A DNA stretch of 64,000 bases from Prasinococcaceae sp. CCMP 1430 (taxonomy: Eukaryota > Plantae > Prasinodermophyta): the NCBI GenBank assembly GCA_013416795.1, contig RQSC01000028.1, forward strand, positions 527,810 through 591,809. Direction: 5' to 3'. A program made the position numbers and the translations under genes. The first letter of the stretch is position 1. Each line of letters begins with the position of its first letter. The notes under the pieces are model-generated. The model was not told where the DNA came from, made no database searches, and saw only the letters and a list, made by a program, of their open reading frames with translations. Shown one piece after another: positions 32,989-44,108 of this stretch.

Positions 32989-33164
32989 GGCGCGCCGCCG
33001 GCGGCGGCGGCGCGACCGAGATCGCACGCGCACCATATAACATAGTCCATACACGCATACCTCGCCGAACAGCTGCAGGCCTGGCGCTGCGCCCTCAGCC
33101 GCGGCGGCGCGCGTCGCCCGTGAATTCGTCATTCCTAGTCCCTCTAGCCGTCCCCTAGTACCTC

Positions 33165-33955
33165 CTAACTTTTAGTTCGCACGCTCCGTTCTGCCTCGCC
33201 GAGCACCCTCTTCACCGCCGCCGTGGTGGCGTCCTCCTCGGCATCGTCTGCGCCGCCCCCGGCGCGTGCCCGGGCTCGGGCCACCCCGTGCAGCGCGAGG
33301 CACGTCTCGACACCTGCTGCAAACTCCCCAAACGACACCACAGCGCCGACCTCTCTCCGCAGTGCAGCGCTGAGCGCCGTTGCGCTGGCAGAGCTCACTC
33401 GCGGCTGGATTTCCCCGGCGCTCCCCGGCGCGGGCTCCTTTCCTACGAGAGCCGAGGGCGAGTGCACAGTGCCGCACGCAGTTCAAGCGCCTGCAGATCA
33501 GCGCGAGGCAGAGGAGCGCGCTAGAGCAGCGCACATGAGCAAGAAAGCACGAGTGCGCGCGTGAGGAGCTCATGTAGCTACACACACACACACACAAAAG
33601 TAATCCGCGACGAACCTTGGAACATGTGCCCCGCTCCACACCCTTCAACGGCCTCATCGCACAGCGCGTCGACGAGCGAATTGTACTGCTCGGACGCGAG
33701 CGCTCCGTTCCCGGCGAGCAACGCATAGGCCGCGACGAGGTTGTCGCGGAACGCTGGAACAGTCGGCGGCGCGAGGTGCACGCATCGACACGCGCGCTCC
33801 AGCAGCGTCGAGCCTCGCACGATGGCGCGGAAGTACGCGGCGAGGAATGCGAGCGGGTCGGCCGGGCGGTTCTCGAGAGCAAGCGTGAGTGCGTCCTGCA
33901 CGTACGCGCGCACGGCGCGCCCCACCGCGGCATCCGCGCCCCCGACCCCGCTCAT
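33165..33955 (-). CDS. TPGS1: Tubulin polyglutamylase complex subunit 1-like (TPGS1), 2 exons
   Basis: RIIa-like ALENRPADPLAFLAAYF, then ERACRCVHLA...AFRDNLVAAYALL...EQYNSLVDALC; second exon has VVSFGEFAAGVETCL. Confidence 0.72.
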
Positions 33956-34247
33956 CGCCCCCCCCCCAACCCCCAACCCCCCCAACTCCCGGCGAGGCGC
34001 GCGTGGGCGGGAAGGCTCCGCCTCCGCTGCGGCAACCGTGCACACAGTGGCGGGCACGCCCGCGCGCGCGCCCAAGTTTGCGCGGTTGGGGAACGCGAGC
34101 TGCGAAAGCGCACATCAAATTGAATGAGACTGGATTTCCAGAGGCACTTTGATGGACACACCGGACTTCGTTCGAGTGGGTCTCAGAGTACAGAGTGTGT
34201 ATGTACATGGTGGAGCGTGCAGGCCCGCGAGGGCCGGGCGCTGGCGG

Positions 34248-36968
34248 CTACCCTGCGCGATCAAAGGCCAGCGCGCGCCCGCTGGCGCCGCCGGCGTTCT
34301 TGGACAGGCGGGGCGGCCGCGCGTACGGCGATGCCCCCAAGGCGCCCGCATCGGGAGCGGGGCGAGCCGCGTCGTCGTCGCGAGCGCCGTCGCCGGCGGT
34401 CCCGCCGAGCGTCTGGAGGCACGTTGCAGGCACCGTCGATGGAATCGCCATATCCGCGAGGCCGCGCTTCGAAAGAGGCATGGCTGGCGTCTCCTGGATG
34501 GCAGCGAGCGGCCTGTTCCGCGGACGTGACGAGGTGAGCCTCTGCGAACGTGCCCCGGCGTCACGCACGCCACGCCCTGGGCGACTGGGCGCTGCTGGGG
34601 CATTCGTAGCCGGTTTCTTGACGGTGATATTCACCCCCCTGCGCGCCTGCAGCCCGCCGCGATGCGAGGCGCGGTCTGCCGTCGCGGCAGGCGCGGCGGA
34701 TGGCTTAATGTTGGCGAGGGGAGCCTTGCGCGGTTTCGTCCGCCGCGTGGCGCGGGTGTCAGGGTCACCCTGGCTGTTGCGCTTGCGGCTCTTCGTCTGC
34801 CTGTCTGTCGCCACAGGGCGCTTCTCCTGTAACACGTGCTCTTGCTGCGGCTGTTCCTCCTCTGCCTTGGCGGCAAGCCCTGCGACCTCTGCCATCAGCG
34901 CACCGGCACCGCCGGCGCCCGTGTCATCTCGGGCCTGGGCCTGAGGCTGCGCCTGCGCCCGCGTTTGAGTCCAGTCTTCGGCGCCAGTCTGCTCAGCGGC
35001 GTCGCCGAAGTCCGTGTCCAGCCCGAGCTTGCGGTACACTCGCTTGAAGGTGCGAGGCAAGTCGGCGGAATAGCGTGTGCGCAGCGTCTCGAAGAAGTCG
35101 TGCATACCAGTGGCGACGGGCTCGAGCAGAAATTCTACGGGCTGGATGAGCCTGGTGATGTCTGCCACCCACTTTTTGCTCAGCGGGTCGGAACCAAGCT
35201 CCCCTTCCTGCGAGCGGCGCTCGGGAGGCAGCTCCCTCGCCGCGCGCGCAGCCATTGCTGCTGTCGCGAACCGCAGCACGATCTGGACTTGGTGCTCGAG
35301 GCGACGGTTTGCCTTCGCGCGCTCGCCGAAGCCGTACCTCGACTCGTCGTGGTTCGCCTTCAGCTCCTTCGGAGTCCTGGCGAGCTTCTCCAGCGCCAAC
35401 GGAATCGTTCGCAGCCGACCTTCCACCGCCGCCCCTGCTGTCGGCAGGCGCGCGTCTGCTTGGGACTGGAACGCGATCGCAGCCTCCAAGAGCGCCTCCG
35501 TCGCCTCAGTGAGGCCACCCATTTCCTCCAAGCGCTCTGCACGCGCCACCACCAGCTGATCGTAGCGGTCCTCGACGGAGTCCTGCTGATTCCACCACGC
35601 GTGCAGCGCGGCACCGCCTGAGGTGAGAGCTTCACCGCCGGCTGAGGCATCAACGGCACCTGCATGGACTGCAATCGCCTGGCCACCGCCGCCGCCTTCA
35701 TGGGCACCGCCAACCGCCGCCACAGCCTCGGCCATCATCGCTCGGAGCTCAGCGCCTATGCCACCAGACCCTGTGACAGTGCCGCGCTCGCCACCAGATG
35801 GTCGCGCGTCAGCCACAGTGGCGGTTGCCCCTGCGATGGATGCCGCAAGGCTGGCCCGCGCCATCTCCTCGAGATGCGCGCCAGCGCCCCAATCACGCTC
35901 GAAGAGCGGTGTGCGACACCCTTGGCGCTCAGCAGCCCGCGCGAGCGCCTGAGCCAAAGGAGTATGCGTGGCGTCCAGGACGCGCTTCTCCGCCTCGGGC
36001 TCGTGGTCCAAGTCGGTAGCGGCGTCCCACGCGGGCGTTTCGAGCAGGAAGAAAGCCATGCTGACGTGCGTCACCGGCGCCAGCACCCCAAAGAGGCGGC
36101 ACCCGCGCGGCTTCCCAACGAGCAGAGCGCTCTCATCGCGGGAGATCAGGGAGTGCACAAGCGCATCCATGGCAGCAGAGCTCGCGCCGCCCGCGTCGAG
36201 CGTCGAGCACGTGTATTTGTGCGTCGCCGCTCCGAGGACGCCGCTGAGCGCTTCGGACGGGGCGCGCGCAGCGACCACGAACGCCTCCACCCCATCGAGC
36301 ATCTGCGCGCTCTGCTCAGACTGCGCCCTGAACTCCACAGGGGTGGCAGCTCTTTCTTCAGAAGCGGGACCGCCGACAGGCACATCAGCATCGAGCAGCT
36401 GCAAGGCCACTCGCCGCTCGCAGTGATTGGCCCTCGACGTCTCGGCGCGCACCGCGGCCAGCAGCGCCGCGAGCGGAGCGTTCGCCGCCAGCAGCGCCTC
36501 CGCGGGCACGAGCGCGGCCCTAGACGGCGCGGCCGCCGCCAGCGCGCTGGCTAGCCCCTCCCATCCCGTCTGATCCCTCTCGGACGCCTCGGCCACGTCG
36601 ATAAAGGTGAAGTCCGCCTGGGCGTTGCGAGCGAGCGCCTGTGCCGCGCTAGCGAGCCCTTTCTCGGCGCCGCCCCCCATCGCCGCCGCGCGCGCTAGCA
36701 GGAAGACGTGGTCGCGGCCCGCGTCGGCGCCGCCGTCTGACCCGCCCATCGACACCCTGCGCGTGCCCCTGTCGAGCAGGGTGAGCGCGCGGCACACGGC
36801 CCTCGTGATCTCCTTGCCCCGCCCGCCGCTGCCCATCCCCCCCTCTCCGGGCCCGCCCGTGCCGCGCCCGAGCTCGCCAAGCACGTGGCAGAGCGACCGC
36901 GCGTCGCCGCGTGCGAGCGGCGCGAGGCAGTCGTGGCGCGCCAGGCAGCCGTCGGCGCGCTCGCCCAT
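34248..36968 (-). CDS. TICRR: Treslin/TICRR (Sld3)-like replication initiation factor
   Basis: Sld3/Treslin-domain-like segment LEKLARTPKELKANH...HQVQIVLRF...ITRLIQPVEFLL...LRTRYSADLPRTFKRVYRKLG; C-terminal CDK-site-like IQETP; canonical E2F site in the promoter; recognition from memory only. Confidence 0.62.
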   Translation of the reverse strand: MGERADGCLARHDCLAPLARGDARSLCHVLGELGRGTGGPGEGGMGSGGRGKEITRAVCRALTLLDRGTRRVSMGGSDGGADAGRDHVFLLARAAAMGGGAEKGLASAAQALARNAQADFTFIDVAEASERDQTGWEGLASALAAAAPSRAALVPAEALLAANAPLAALLAAVRAETSRANHCERRVALQLLDADVPVGGPASEERAATPVEFRAQSEQSAQMLDGVEAFVVAARAPSEALSGVLGAATHKYTCSTLDAGGASSAAMDALVHSLISRDESALLVGKPRGCRLFGVLAPVTHVSMAFFLLETPAWDAATDLDHEPEAEKRVLDATHTPLAQALARAAERQGCRTPLFERDWGAGAHLEEMARASLAASIAGATATVADARPSGGERGTVTGSGGIGAELRAMMAEAVAAVGGAHEGGGGGQAIAVHAGAVDASAGGEALTSGGAALHAWWNQQDSVEDRYDQLVVARAERLEEMGGLTEATEALLEAAIAFQSQADARLPTAGAAVEGRLRTIPLALEKLARTPKELKANHDESRYGFGERAKANRRLEHQVQIVLRFATAAMAARAARELPPERRSQEGELGSDPLSKKWVADITRLIQPVEFLLEPVATGMHDFFETLRTRYSADLPRTFKRVYRKLGLDTDFGDAAEQTGAEDWTQTRAQAQPQAQARDDTGAGGAGALMAEVAGLAAKAEEEQPQQEHVLQEKRPVATDRQTKSRKRNSQGDPDTRATRRTKPRKAPLANIKPSAAPAATADRASHRGGLQARRGVNITVKKPATNAPAAPSRPGRGVRDAGARSQRLTSSRPRNRPLAAIQETPAMPLSKRGLADMAIPSTVPATCLQTLGGTAGDGARDDDAARPAPDAGALGASPYARPPRLSKNAGGASGRALAFDRAG

Positions 36969-37172
36969 GGCGCGGCACGCGGCCCGCAGGCTTGCCTCCG
37001 CGCCCCAGTCCCCACCAGCAGNCGCGCGCACGAGGCGGGGTCTGCCCCCGCACGCCCGCATCCGCCGGCCGCACGCCCGATCTGACACCCACCACCCACC
37101 CTTCCCGAGCCCGCACCCGCAGGCGCGCGCGCTCGCGCGCGCGCGCGTTTCGGATGACTTTTGAAGTCAAGC

Positions 37173-37181
37173 TTTCCCGCC
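37173..37181 (+). promoter_or_regulatory. Canonical E2F site TTTCCCGCC in the Treslin-like/TTC5 divergent promoter
   Basis: gctttcccgcc directly visible ~205 bp upstream of the Treslin-like ATG. Confidence 0.6.
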
Positions 37182-37602
37182 GGGCGGCAGCCCTCCCTCC
37201 GTCTGATGGCGTCTGATGGCGCCGGCCGTCAGATACGAACCCTCTCAAAAATAAACCTCAAATATCAGAGCCTTTTGCCGTACCATCTGGATGGTACCGG
37301 TACCATCAGTACCAATTGGTACACGTTCAGGAGTGTTCTGACCCCTAACCGAAAGCGGCGCTTGGCCGCGCCACGCGCTTGACCGGCACTGCGCGCGCGC
37401 CGATCGCGCCTCCCTCTCCCCCCACACCTCCCCACCTCCCCACCCCACCCACCCACCCACCCGCACATCGCCACCTCCTTGCCCTTGCCCCCTCCGCGCC
37501 TCTCGGTGCCTGTCGGCGCCTCTTTCCCCCCGCGTCTTTGCGGCCGGGCGGCCGGGGCGTTCCGCCGCGCGCTGGCCTCCGCGCGGCCGTTGCGTCGACG
37601 AG

Positions 37603-38853
37603 GTGGCGGCCGCGTCGGTCGCCTTTCCGCTGCCCGCGGCCGAGCGGCGCGCGCGGGTGCGCGCGGGCGTTGAGGAGGTCGAGGCGTCGCTCGCTCAGCT
37701 CGGGGCGCTGCAGGACGACTCGGGCGCGCCGAGCGCCCAGCGCGCGGCCGCGCTCTACCTGCGCGGCAAGGCGCTCGACTCGTTCGCTGAGTTCCGCAAG
37801 GAGGCCGAGGAGGCCCTGGCGCGCGCGGTGAAGCTAGATCCTAGCCTTACGAGCGCGTGGTGCGCGCTGGCGCACCAATACTGGAAGAAGGACGACCTCG
37901 GGAGCGCGTCAAATTGCCTGACGAGCGCCATCAGCGCGGCCGACGACCATGAGGCGCTGTGCATGCTGTCGACCATCGAGCGCCAGCAGGGCCAGACGCA
38001 GCAGGATCCCGTTGAGAGGCTCGCTGCGGTGGAGAGGGCGCTCACCTACGCCAAGCGCGCTCTGAAGTGCGACGTCAAGGACGGCCGCGGCTGGGCCGCC
38101 CTCGGCACCGCCTTCCTCACGAAGCATTTCCTCGTGGGCGGCGGCGATACTGAGATGCTCGAGCAGGCGGTGCGGGCGTACCGCCAGGCGGAGGCGTCGC
38201 CGCAGGCGGCGACCGACCCGGACATGCACTTCAACCGAGGCATGGTCTTTCGCTTCCTCGAGCTGCACCGCGACGCCCTCGAGGCCTTCACGCGCGCGGC
38301 GTCGCTCGACCCGGAGCTGCCGGCGGAGGACAGCGCCGAGGCGCTGCTGACGCTGCTGCGCCACTGCAAGACGCTCATCGAGAACAAGTGCCGCACAAAG
38401 CCAAAACGCCTCAAGGAGCTGGCCAAGGACCTCGAAGGCCAGAAGGCACCCTCCTCAAAGTTCTTCGCTGACCTCGAATCCGCTGCTCTCTCCGAGCTCG
38501 CGTACGGCCCAAACGCTGACAAGTGGATGGCGCTCAAGTGTCTCGAGCAGGTCACGCACGGCGCAGGCGCGCCGCTGTACTATATCATGAGCGACAAGAA
38601 AGGGGAGTGCCTCGCACTGAGTGTGTACGGCGTGCGCGACGGTGTCATCCGCTCGGGCCAAACTCTATGCCTCGCACGGCCACGCCTGCATGCGGCGACC
38701 CAGAAGCTCGAGTGGAAGGGGGAGGAGCTGAGCTTCGCAGCAGTGCGCGTCGGCGACGCCAGGCGCGACCTTCTCGTGGGCGGCAGGCGCATCGGCGAGG
38801 ACGAGATGGCGCTAGCCACACGCCTTACCAGCGTGTGCGGTAAGGGCAAGTAG
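37603..38853 (+). CDS. TTC5: Tetratricopeptide repeat protein 5 (TTC5) with C-terminal OB domain; true start not located
   Basis: YLRGKALDSFAEFRKEAEEALARAVKLDPSL..AWCALAHQYWKKDDL, YAKRALKCDVKDGRGWAALGTAF, DPDMHFNRG and CLALSVYG. Confidence 0.88.
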   Translation: MAAASVAFPLPAAERRARVRAGVEEVEASLAQLGALQDDSGAPSAQRAAALYLRGKALDSFAEFRKEAEEALARAVKLDPSLTSAWCALAHQYWKKDDLGSASNCLTSAISAADDHEALCMLSTIERQQGQTQQDPVERLAAVERALTYAKRALKCDVKDGRGWAALGTAFLTKHFLVGGGDTEMLEQAVRAYRQAEASPQAATDPDMHFNRGMVFRFLELHRDALEAFTRAASLDPELPAEDSAEALLTLLRHCKTLIENKCRTKPKRLKELAKDLEGQKAPSSKFFADLESAALSELAYGPNADKWMALKCLEQVTHGAGAPLYYIMSDKKGECLALSVYGVRDGVIRSGQTLCLARPRLHAATQKLEWKGEELSFAAVRVGDARRDLLVGGRRIGEDEMALATRLTSVCGKGK

Positions 38854-39109
38854 GCCTTGCCAGCAGCCGGACCGACCATCGCCGGCTGTGCAAGCGCGCA
38901 TGTAGGTCGGCAGTGGATCCAATCCACTGCGCTTCCCTCCTGCCACGGCAAACACATTTTGCGGTCGAGCGGATCGCCGCACCGGCGCGGCGATCTCACA
39001 GCGCAGCGCTCAAACCATCGCCGCCAGCGGTCGCGTTACGTCCTAGAGAAAAGCCATGCGCGCTCGCCTTGCCTGAGCGGGAAGAGTCGGTAATTCTGTC
39101 GCGATTCGT

Positions 39110-39664
39110 TTACTCGCCGGATCTGGCGCGCAGGTCGTTGTAGTTCACCGCCTGGATGGACTTTCCAGCGGGGCTGCGAGGAGAGCTGGCAGCCTCGCGT
39201 GCGATGCGTTCGCGCTCCGCTCGTTGGCTCTGCGTACCGTGGCGCGTATATGCACTCCTTGCTGCTGACTCTGGCGCGATTGCCGCGTCCGCAATAGGCA
39301 CAGGGCCTCCGTGCACCTCGAGTCCATCCACATCGTCAGCAGCCGTACCCGCATCGACGCTCGCCGAGCCGGGCCTGACACCACGCTGCATGTGCACCGC
39401 CACTTCATGCGAAGTTGTGCTCGGCGTCGCGGCCGCGGGCGCTTCGGAGGGCCGAGCAGCTGTGGCTTCGGATGAATGTGCGCGCACAGCTTTCGCGATT
39501 GCGGTGCTCGGAGCCAGTGGGTCCCCGCCGTCCGCGTTCGCGGAGGCGGCCACGGTCGCCGCCGCTGCCTCAGCCACGCTAGCAGCGAATTCCTCCTCCG
39601 CGAGAAAGTCGGCGAGCTCCTCGTTCGTGAGCGCGATCTTGGTCTGGTCCATCGCGGCCGCCAT
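39110..39664 (-). CDS. Hypothetical 184 aa protein
   Basis: ATG-initiated ORF in good context between two AT-rich islands; acidic N-terminal helix (LTNEELADFLAEEEF); no family recognised. Confidence 0.55.
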   Translation of the reverse strand: MAAAMDQTKIALTNEELADFLAEEEFAASVAEAAAATVAASANADGGDPLAPSTAIAKAVRAHSSEATAARPSEAPAAATPSTTSHEVAVHMQRGVRPGSASVDAGTAADDVDGLEVHGGPVPIADAAIAPESAARSAYTRHGTQSQRAERERIAREAASSPRSPAGKSIQAVNYNDLRARSGE

Positions 39665-40071
39665 CTTCCCTCAGCCGGGCGCGCGCGGTGTGGCGCGGGT
39701 CGCAGTCGGCGCTTCCGGGCCGGGTCGACCCCGGCTTCAGCCGCACGGATGAACCGGGTTCCTCGTCGGAGAATCCCGGGTGAGTCGCGCGCTGACCCGA
39801 AATTCCGGGTTCGCCGCTCGCGGGTGGTTCGAAGGCCATTCGTGATATAGAATTTCGACTGCTCGTCAGGAATGAATTGGTAGCGAGCGTTGGCAGAGTG
39901 GAGTGCTTACACGATGCCGTGGTGGTGCTCGCCCGATGAGGGCCACAGGGCCCCTGAGGGTCCGTCCGGGGTCCTGGGGGCCTCACGAGTCGTGCGGGTC
40001 GTGGAGGGGCGCGGGGGCGCCGGCCGGCGAGGCCCTCGGACAGCGGGGGCGGCGGCGCGTCGGCGCGGCGG

Positions 40072-42416
40072 CTAGAGGAAGGTGCGCGGCCCCTTGCCGG
40101 CGCCGAAGCGCCCGCTGAGGCTCGCCTGCGCGCTCTTGGCGGCGCCCTCGGCCGTCTGGCCCGCGGGCTTGATCTCGAGGTCCCGGTCGCGGTCCCACGG
40201 GCGCCAGGGGTGGTTGGAGGCCCACGCGGGCCTATCGGCGGTCCCCGGCGCGCCCTGCCCCGCGCCCTTGGCCATTCTCTCCCGGTGCTCGTCGAGCATC
40301 GACTTGCTGCGCTTCGAGGCGTTGAAGCCGTCGACGAGCGCCGCCGTCTCCGACGTGCGTTTGCGCTCCATGGCGGCGCTGCGCGCGCCCGCGTCGGTGA
40401 GCTTGGCGAGCGACACGCCCTCTAGGAGCAGGCCCGCCGCGCGCGCCTCGCGCTCGCGCGGGGTGTCCGTCCACGCCGTCGTGTCGCCGCGAGAGCTCAC
40501 GCCGCGAGAGCTGAAGGCCGTCTGCGAGGAGGGCATCGCAGGCACGCCGGGGGCCGCGCCGGAGGGCGCCTTGCGCTCGGGGGGCAGCTCGGTCATCCAG
40601 CCCTCCCGCTGCTTGGTCCGGTCGACCCCGCCGGAGAGCAGATCCTCGTCGCCCTCGTGCGGCGCGGCACCCGTCGCCCTGCGCCACTGCGCTGCCTTCA
40701 GACGCGCGCCCACGTCCGCCGCGACCTCGGCCATGAGCTCGGCGTCGGCGAGCTTCTCATCCAGGGCCGCTCGCTGGGATGCGTCCGTCAGCACGCGCTT
40801 GGCGGCGTTCACGATGTCGAAGGCGTCCTTCGCCCTCGGGTGGTCGTTCTTGTCCGGATGCACCAGCAGGCTGAGCCTCCAGTAGCGTTTCTTGACCTCA
40901 GCTGCGGACGCGCCGGCCTCAACCCCCAACGCTCTGTATGCGTCGCCGGGGTGCATGCCGTCGGCCGCAAGCACGCTGTCCACCGCGCCGGCCTTGTCCG
41001 CCTTGGACGCCTGCGACACCTCTTTCACTATCCCAGGAGGGGGAGGGCCAACCATGTCAGAGTCGGAGTCCGAGTCGGACTCCGCAGCGGCGACAGCCTG
41101 CGCGGCCGCGGCCATCTCCTCTGGCGTGGGCATCGCGGGGCCCACTCGCGGCGGCGGCATCGCGGCGGGGCCGATGGCTGCCGGACCCGCGGGCGGCATC
41201 GCCGGACCGATGGGGCCTGCGCCGCTTCCGGGCGGCATCGCCGGTCCGATCGGACCCACCGCCGGGCCGTCGTCCTCGGCGTCGCCACCACCTATGCCAC
41301 CATCGTCAAGCACGCCCGCTACCGCGCCCATCGCCGAGGGCGCGCCCTCGGGCCGATACCAGCCGTCGCTGCCGCGTGCGAGCCCCAGCGCGCCAAAGAG
41401 CGCCTCCAGCGCGCCACGCACACCAGCGTCGGCGACGCCGCTCACGTCAGCTGCCTCGCCGCTGTCGATGGAGCCCAGCAGCGCTCCGAGTTCCTCGCGC
41501 AGCGGCGGATACTGGTCGAGAACGGCCGCACACGCATCCGCAGCGGCGCTACTGCCGCCCGCCGCCAGCTGTGGCGCCGGCTGTGGCGATGGCTGCGTAG
41601 CTGGTTGCAGGCCCGCTGCCTCGGCGTTCGGACCAGCGCGCGGCTCCTCACCAGCGCGCCCGCCCCGGTCGGCCCTGTCACCACCGCGCGCATGCTCATC
41701 GCTACGACCCTCCTCGCGCCTGCTGCGCCGCTCGTGATCGCGGTGGCGCCTGTGGTATCTGTGCCCCTTGCGCTCGCCGCGTTCTCTGTGCGCCTGGCGC
41801 TCACCACGCGCACCGCCGCGCTCACCGTGTCCCTTGGTGCGCCGCCGCTCATCGTCGTCCCCGCGGCGGTGCTCCCGGTGGCGTTCGCGGTCGTGTTTGT
41901 GATGTCGTCCCGAATGGCGGTCCCGGTCCCGGTCGCCGTCTCTGTCGCGCCTGCGCTCGCGGTCCCGCCTGTGCTCGCGGTCGCGGTCACGGTCCCGCTT
42001 GTGCTCGCCGTCGCGGTCGCGGCCGCGGTCCCGATCGCGGTCGTGTCGGTGATGCTTGCGGTGCTGTTTTTCGCCGCTCTCTCGCGGGCCTACGCCCTCG
42101 TCCACGTTGCCGCTGCCCCCGCTGCCACCGCCGCCGCTGCTGCGCACCGCGTCTGCGAGCGCCCCCGCCGACGCGAGCGTGTCCACGGCGACCTGCAGCT
42201 GGTCGTCAACGCTGCAGCCGAGCACTGGCGCGCCCGAGGCGCCAGGGGCCGCGACCGCCGCGCGAGCACAGGGGGTCTGCGCGCTAGGGCAAGAGCGGGC
42301 AGGCGCGGGGGCAGGGGGGCCGAGGGCGCTGCGCTGCGCGCGCGCGCTGTGGCGGCAGCCTCGCGCACGCACGCATTTTGATACGAATGATCGCCCGTGG
42401 GTGATAATATCCACAT
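40072..42416 (-). CDS. DnaJ-domain protein with GPALPP-like motifs and C-terminal DUF3752-like region; 5' exon inferred
   Basis: J domain YRALGV...EVKKRYWRLSLLVHPDKNDHPRAKDAFDIV; GPAMPP repeats; REGWMTELPP, TAWTDTPRER and WRPWDRDRDL; Arg/His/Asp-rich N-terminus; probable intron at ~42374-42213 joining MWILSPTGDHSYQN to AVDDQLQ. Confidence 0.82.
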
Positions 42417-42727
42417 ATTTAGATCTTCATCAAGTTCAAGACACACAGCATTGGCAGCATCACGCCAGCAGCGGTCGAGGTGCGCTCCACCTGTGAAGTC
42501 ATCGAAGGCGCGTGCGCCGAGCGGCCTCGAGCGCGTGCTGTGCACGGCGGCACGCGCACGTGGGGAGCGCGTGGGAGCGTGTGGGGGGGGCAACGAGCGA
42601 GCGGAGGTGCGAGCGCGCGTTCGCTTCCGCCTGGGTGGTCGCTCAGAGGAGTATTACAGCGTGAGGGCGGCCGCACGCAAGTGGGCGCCCGGCCACGCGA
42701 GGGAGTCAGAGCGAGAGAGGGAGCGCT

Positions 42728-43500
42728 CTAGGCGAGTGACGCGACGTCCTCCTCGGAAGGATGTTTGAGAAGAACAACGTCCACGTCATCGTGCGCGCCC
42801 TGAAGCAGCATCTGGCCCTGCAGGGCAAGCCAAACGCGAGCGCGGCACGCATTGGCGAGGGGGGGACAAAGAGTGGGGAACGTGGGGGCGTTCGGACGTG
42901 TGAGCGGCGCACGCGCGAGCGCGCCAGCGAGCGGCCGACACGTCGCGGCGCGTACTCGGCGCGTCGGTACGCGTGCTCGCGCGCGCACCTCGAAGTCGAC
43001 GATTTTGAGCCGCTTGGCGGCGCGCAGAGTGCCGTTGAGGGCCTCGAAGTAGTTTCCGACGTCGTCGTCGTTGAAGAGCACCCCGAACTTGACCGAGGCG
43101 ACACCATCGGCGCCCTCGGCGGCAGGAACGCCGAGGCGCACGATCTCCTTGGCGAGGTGGAGGACCTCAGCCTGCGAGCGCGTGCGCAGGCGTAAGCAAG
43201 AGCGCGAGGGCGGGCAGGCCGGTCAGCGGGTTGGCGGGTGAGACGCGCAAGAGTGCCTCGCACGCAGAGATGGGGACGAGGAGCCCATGCGCCAGCTGGC
43301 CGCCTGCACGCCGCACGCGCGAGCACGCACGCGTGGTGCGCGCACGAGCGCGACAGATCCTGATGCGCCGGTGCACGACGCTGCCTGCGCACCGATCAGC
43401 GGCAGCCCGGTACTGCGCAAGCCCGCTCCGCTTCCTGCCCCCCTCCCCTCTCGACGACTCCCTGCTTCCCTCACTTCCCCCCGCGCACCTTAATGTTCAT
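42728..43500 (-). CDS. ABRACL: Costars family protein ABRACL, 3 exons
   Basis: Spliced product MNIK|AEVLHLAKEIVRLG...SVKFGVLFNDD...FEALNGTLRAAKRLKIVDFE|GQMLLQGAHDDVDVVLL; GT-AG introns 43488-43172 and 42988-42818. Confidence 0.9.
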
Positions 43501-44108
43501 CAGGCCGTCGCGGGCCGGCAGGCGGCGCGCGGCGCCGCGTGTGGCCGCTCGGCCACCCCACTCGCCCATCCCTCCCCTGCCCGACCGCCCCCCATCCCCA
43601 CACACACCGGCGCCGGTGCGCGCCCGCCGCCGCCGCCGCCTGAGGCCGGCCCGCGGCGCGAGGGGGAACGGGCAATGGTACTGCCGGCCGCGCCCCATAT
43701 CAAAATGCAACTATATTTGGACCCTATTAAAACATACCCAATATATGCAATGATTGAGATTGCGAAGTTCGATTGGAGGGAATCGTACCATTCAACCCAA
43801 ACTGCGACGCGTTCGAGCGGAATATTCTCCGTGGTGGTGGGCGACGGGGCGGGTGGGGGGGGAAAGGGGTGCGCCACACGGTGCGCGGGTCTGCCGCCTC
43901 CTGACCCCCGCCACATCCCGCGCGCACGGCCGACGGGTCCGCGCCGGGGCGTCCTCGGGCCGAGCGCACGCGCGCGCGCGCGCCGCGCGCGCTTTGCGCA
44001 CCGCCGCGCGCTCGGTCCGAGGGCTGTTGTATTCGGCGTCGGGGCGCCAGGCCTCGGGGCGTCCTGCACGAGAGGGAGAGAGAGAGACAGAGAGAGTGAG
44101 AGAGAGCG

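Noticed and set aside
39820-39845. GGTTCGAA resembling a tRNA T-loop / B-box
   Set aside because: No T-stem pairing, acceptor stem or cloverleaf can be built around it
42420-42593. Upstream extension of the DnaJ gene's first exon, or read-through from ABRACL
   Set aside because: AT-rich codons and no in-frame ATG upstream of 42416; more likely promoter/UTR
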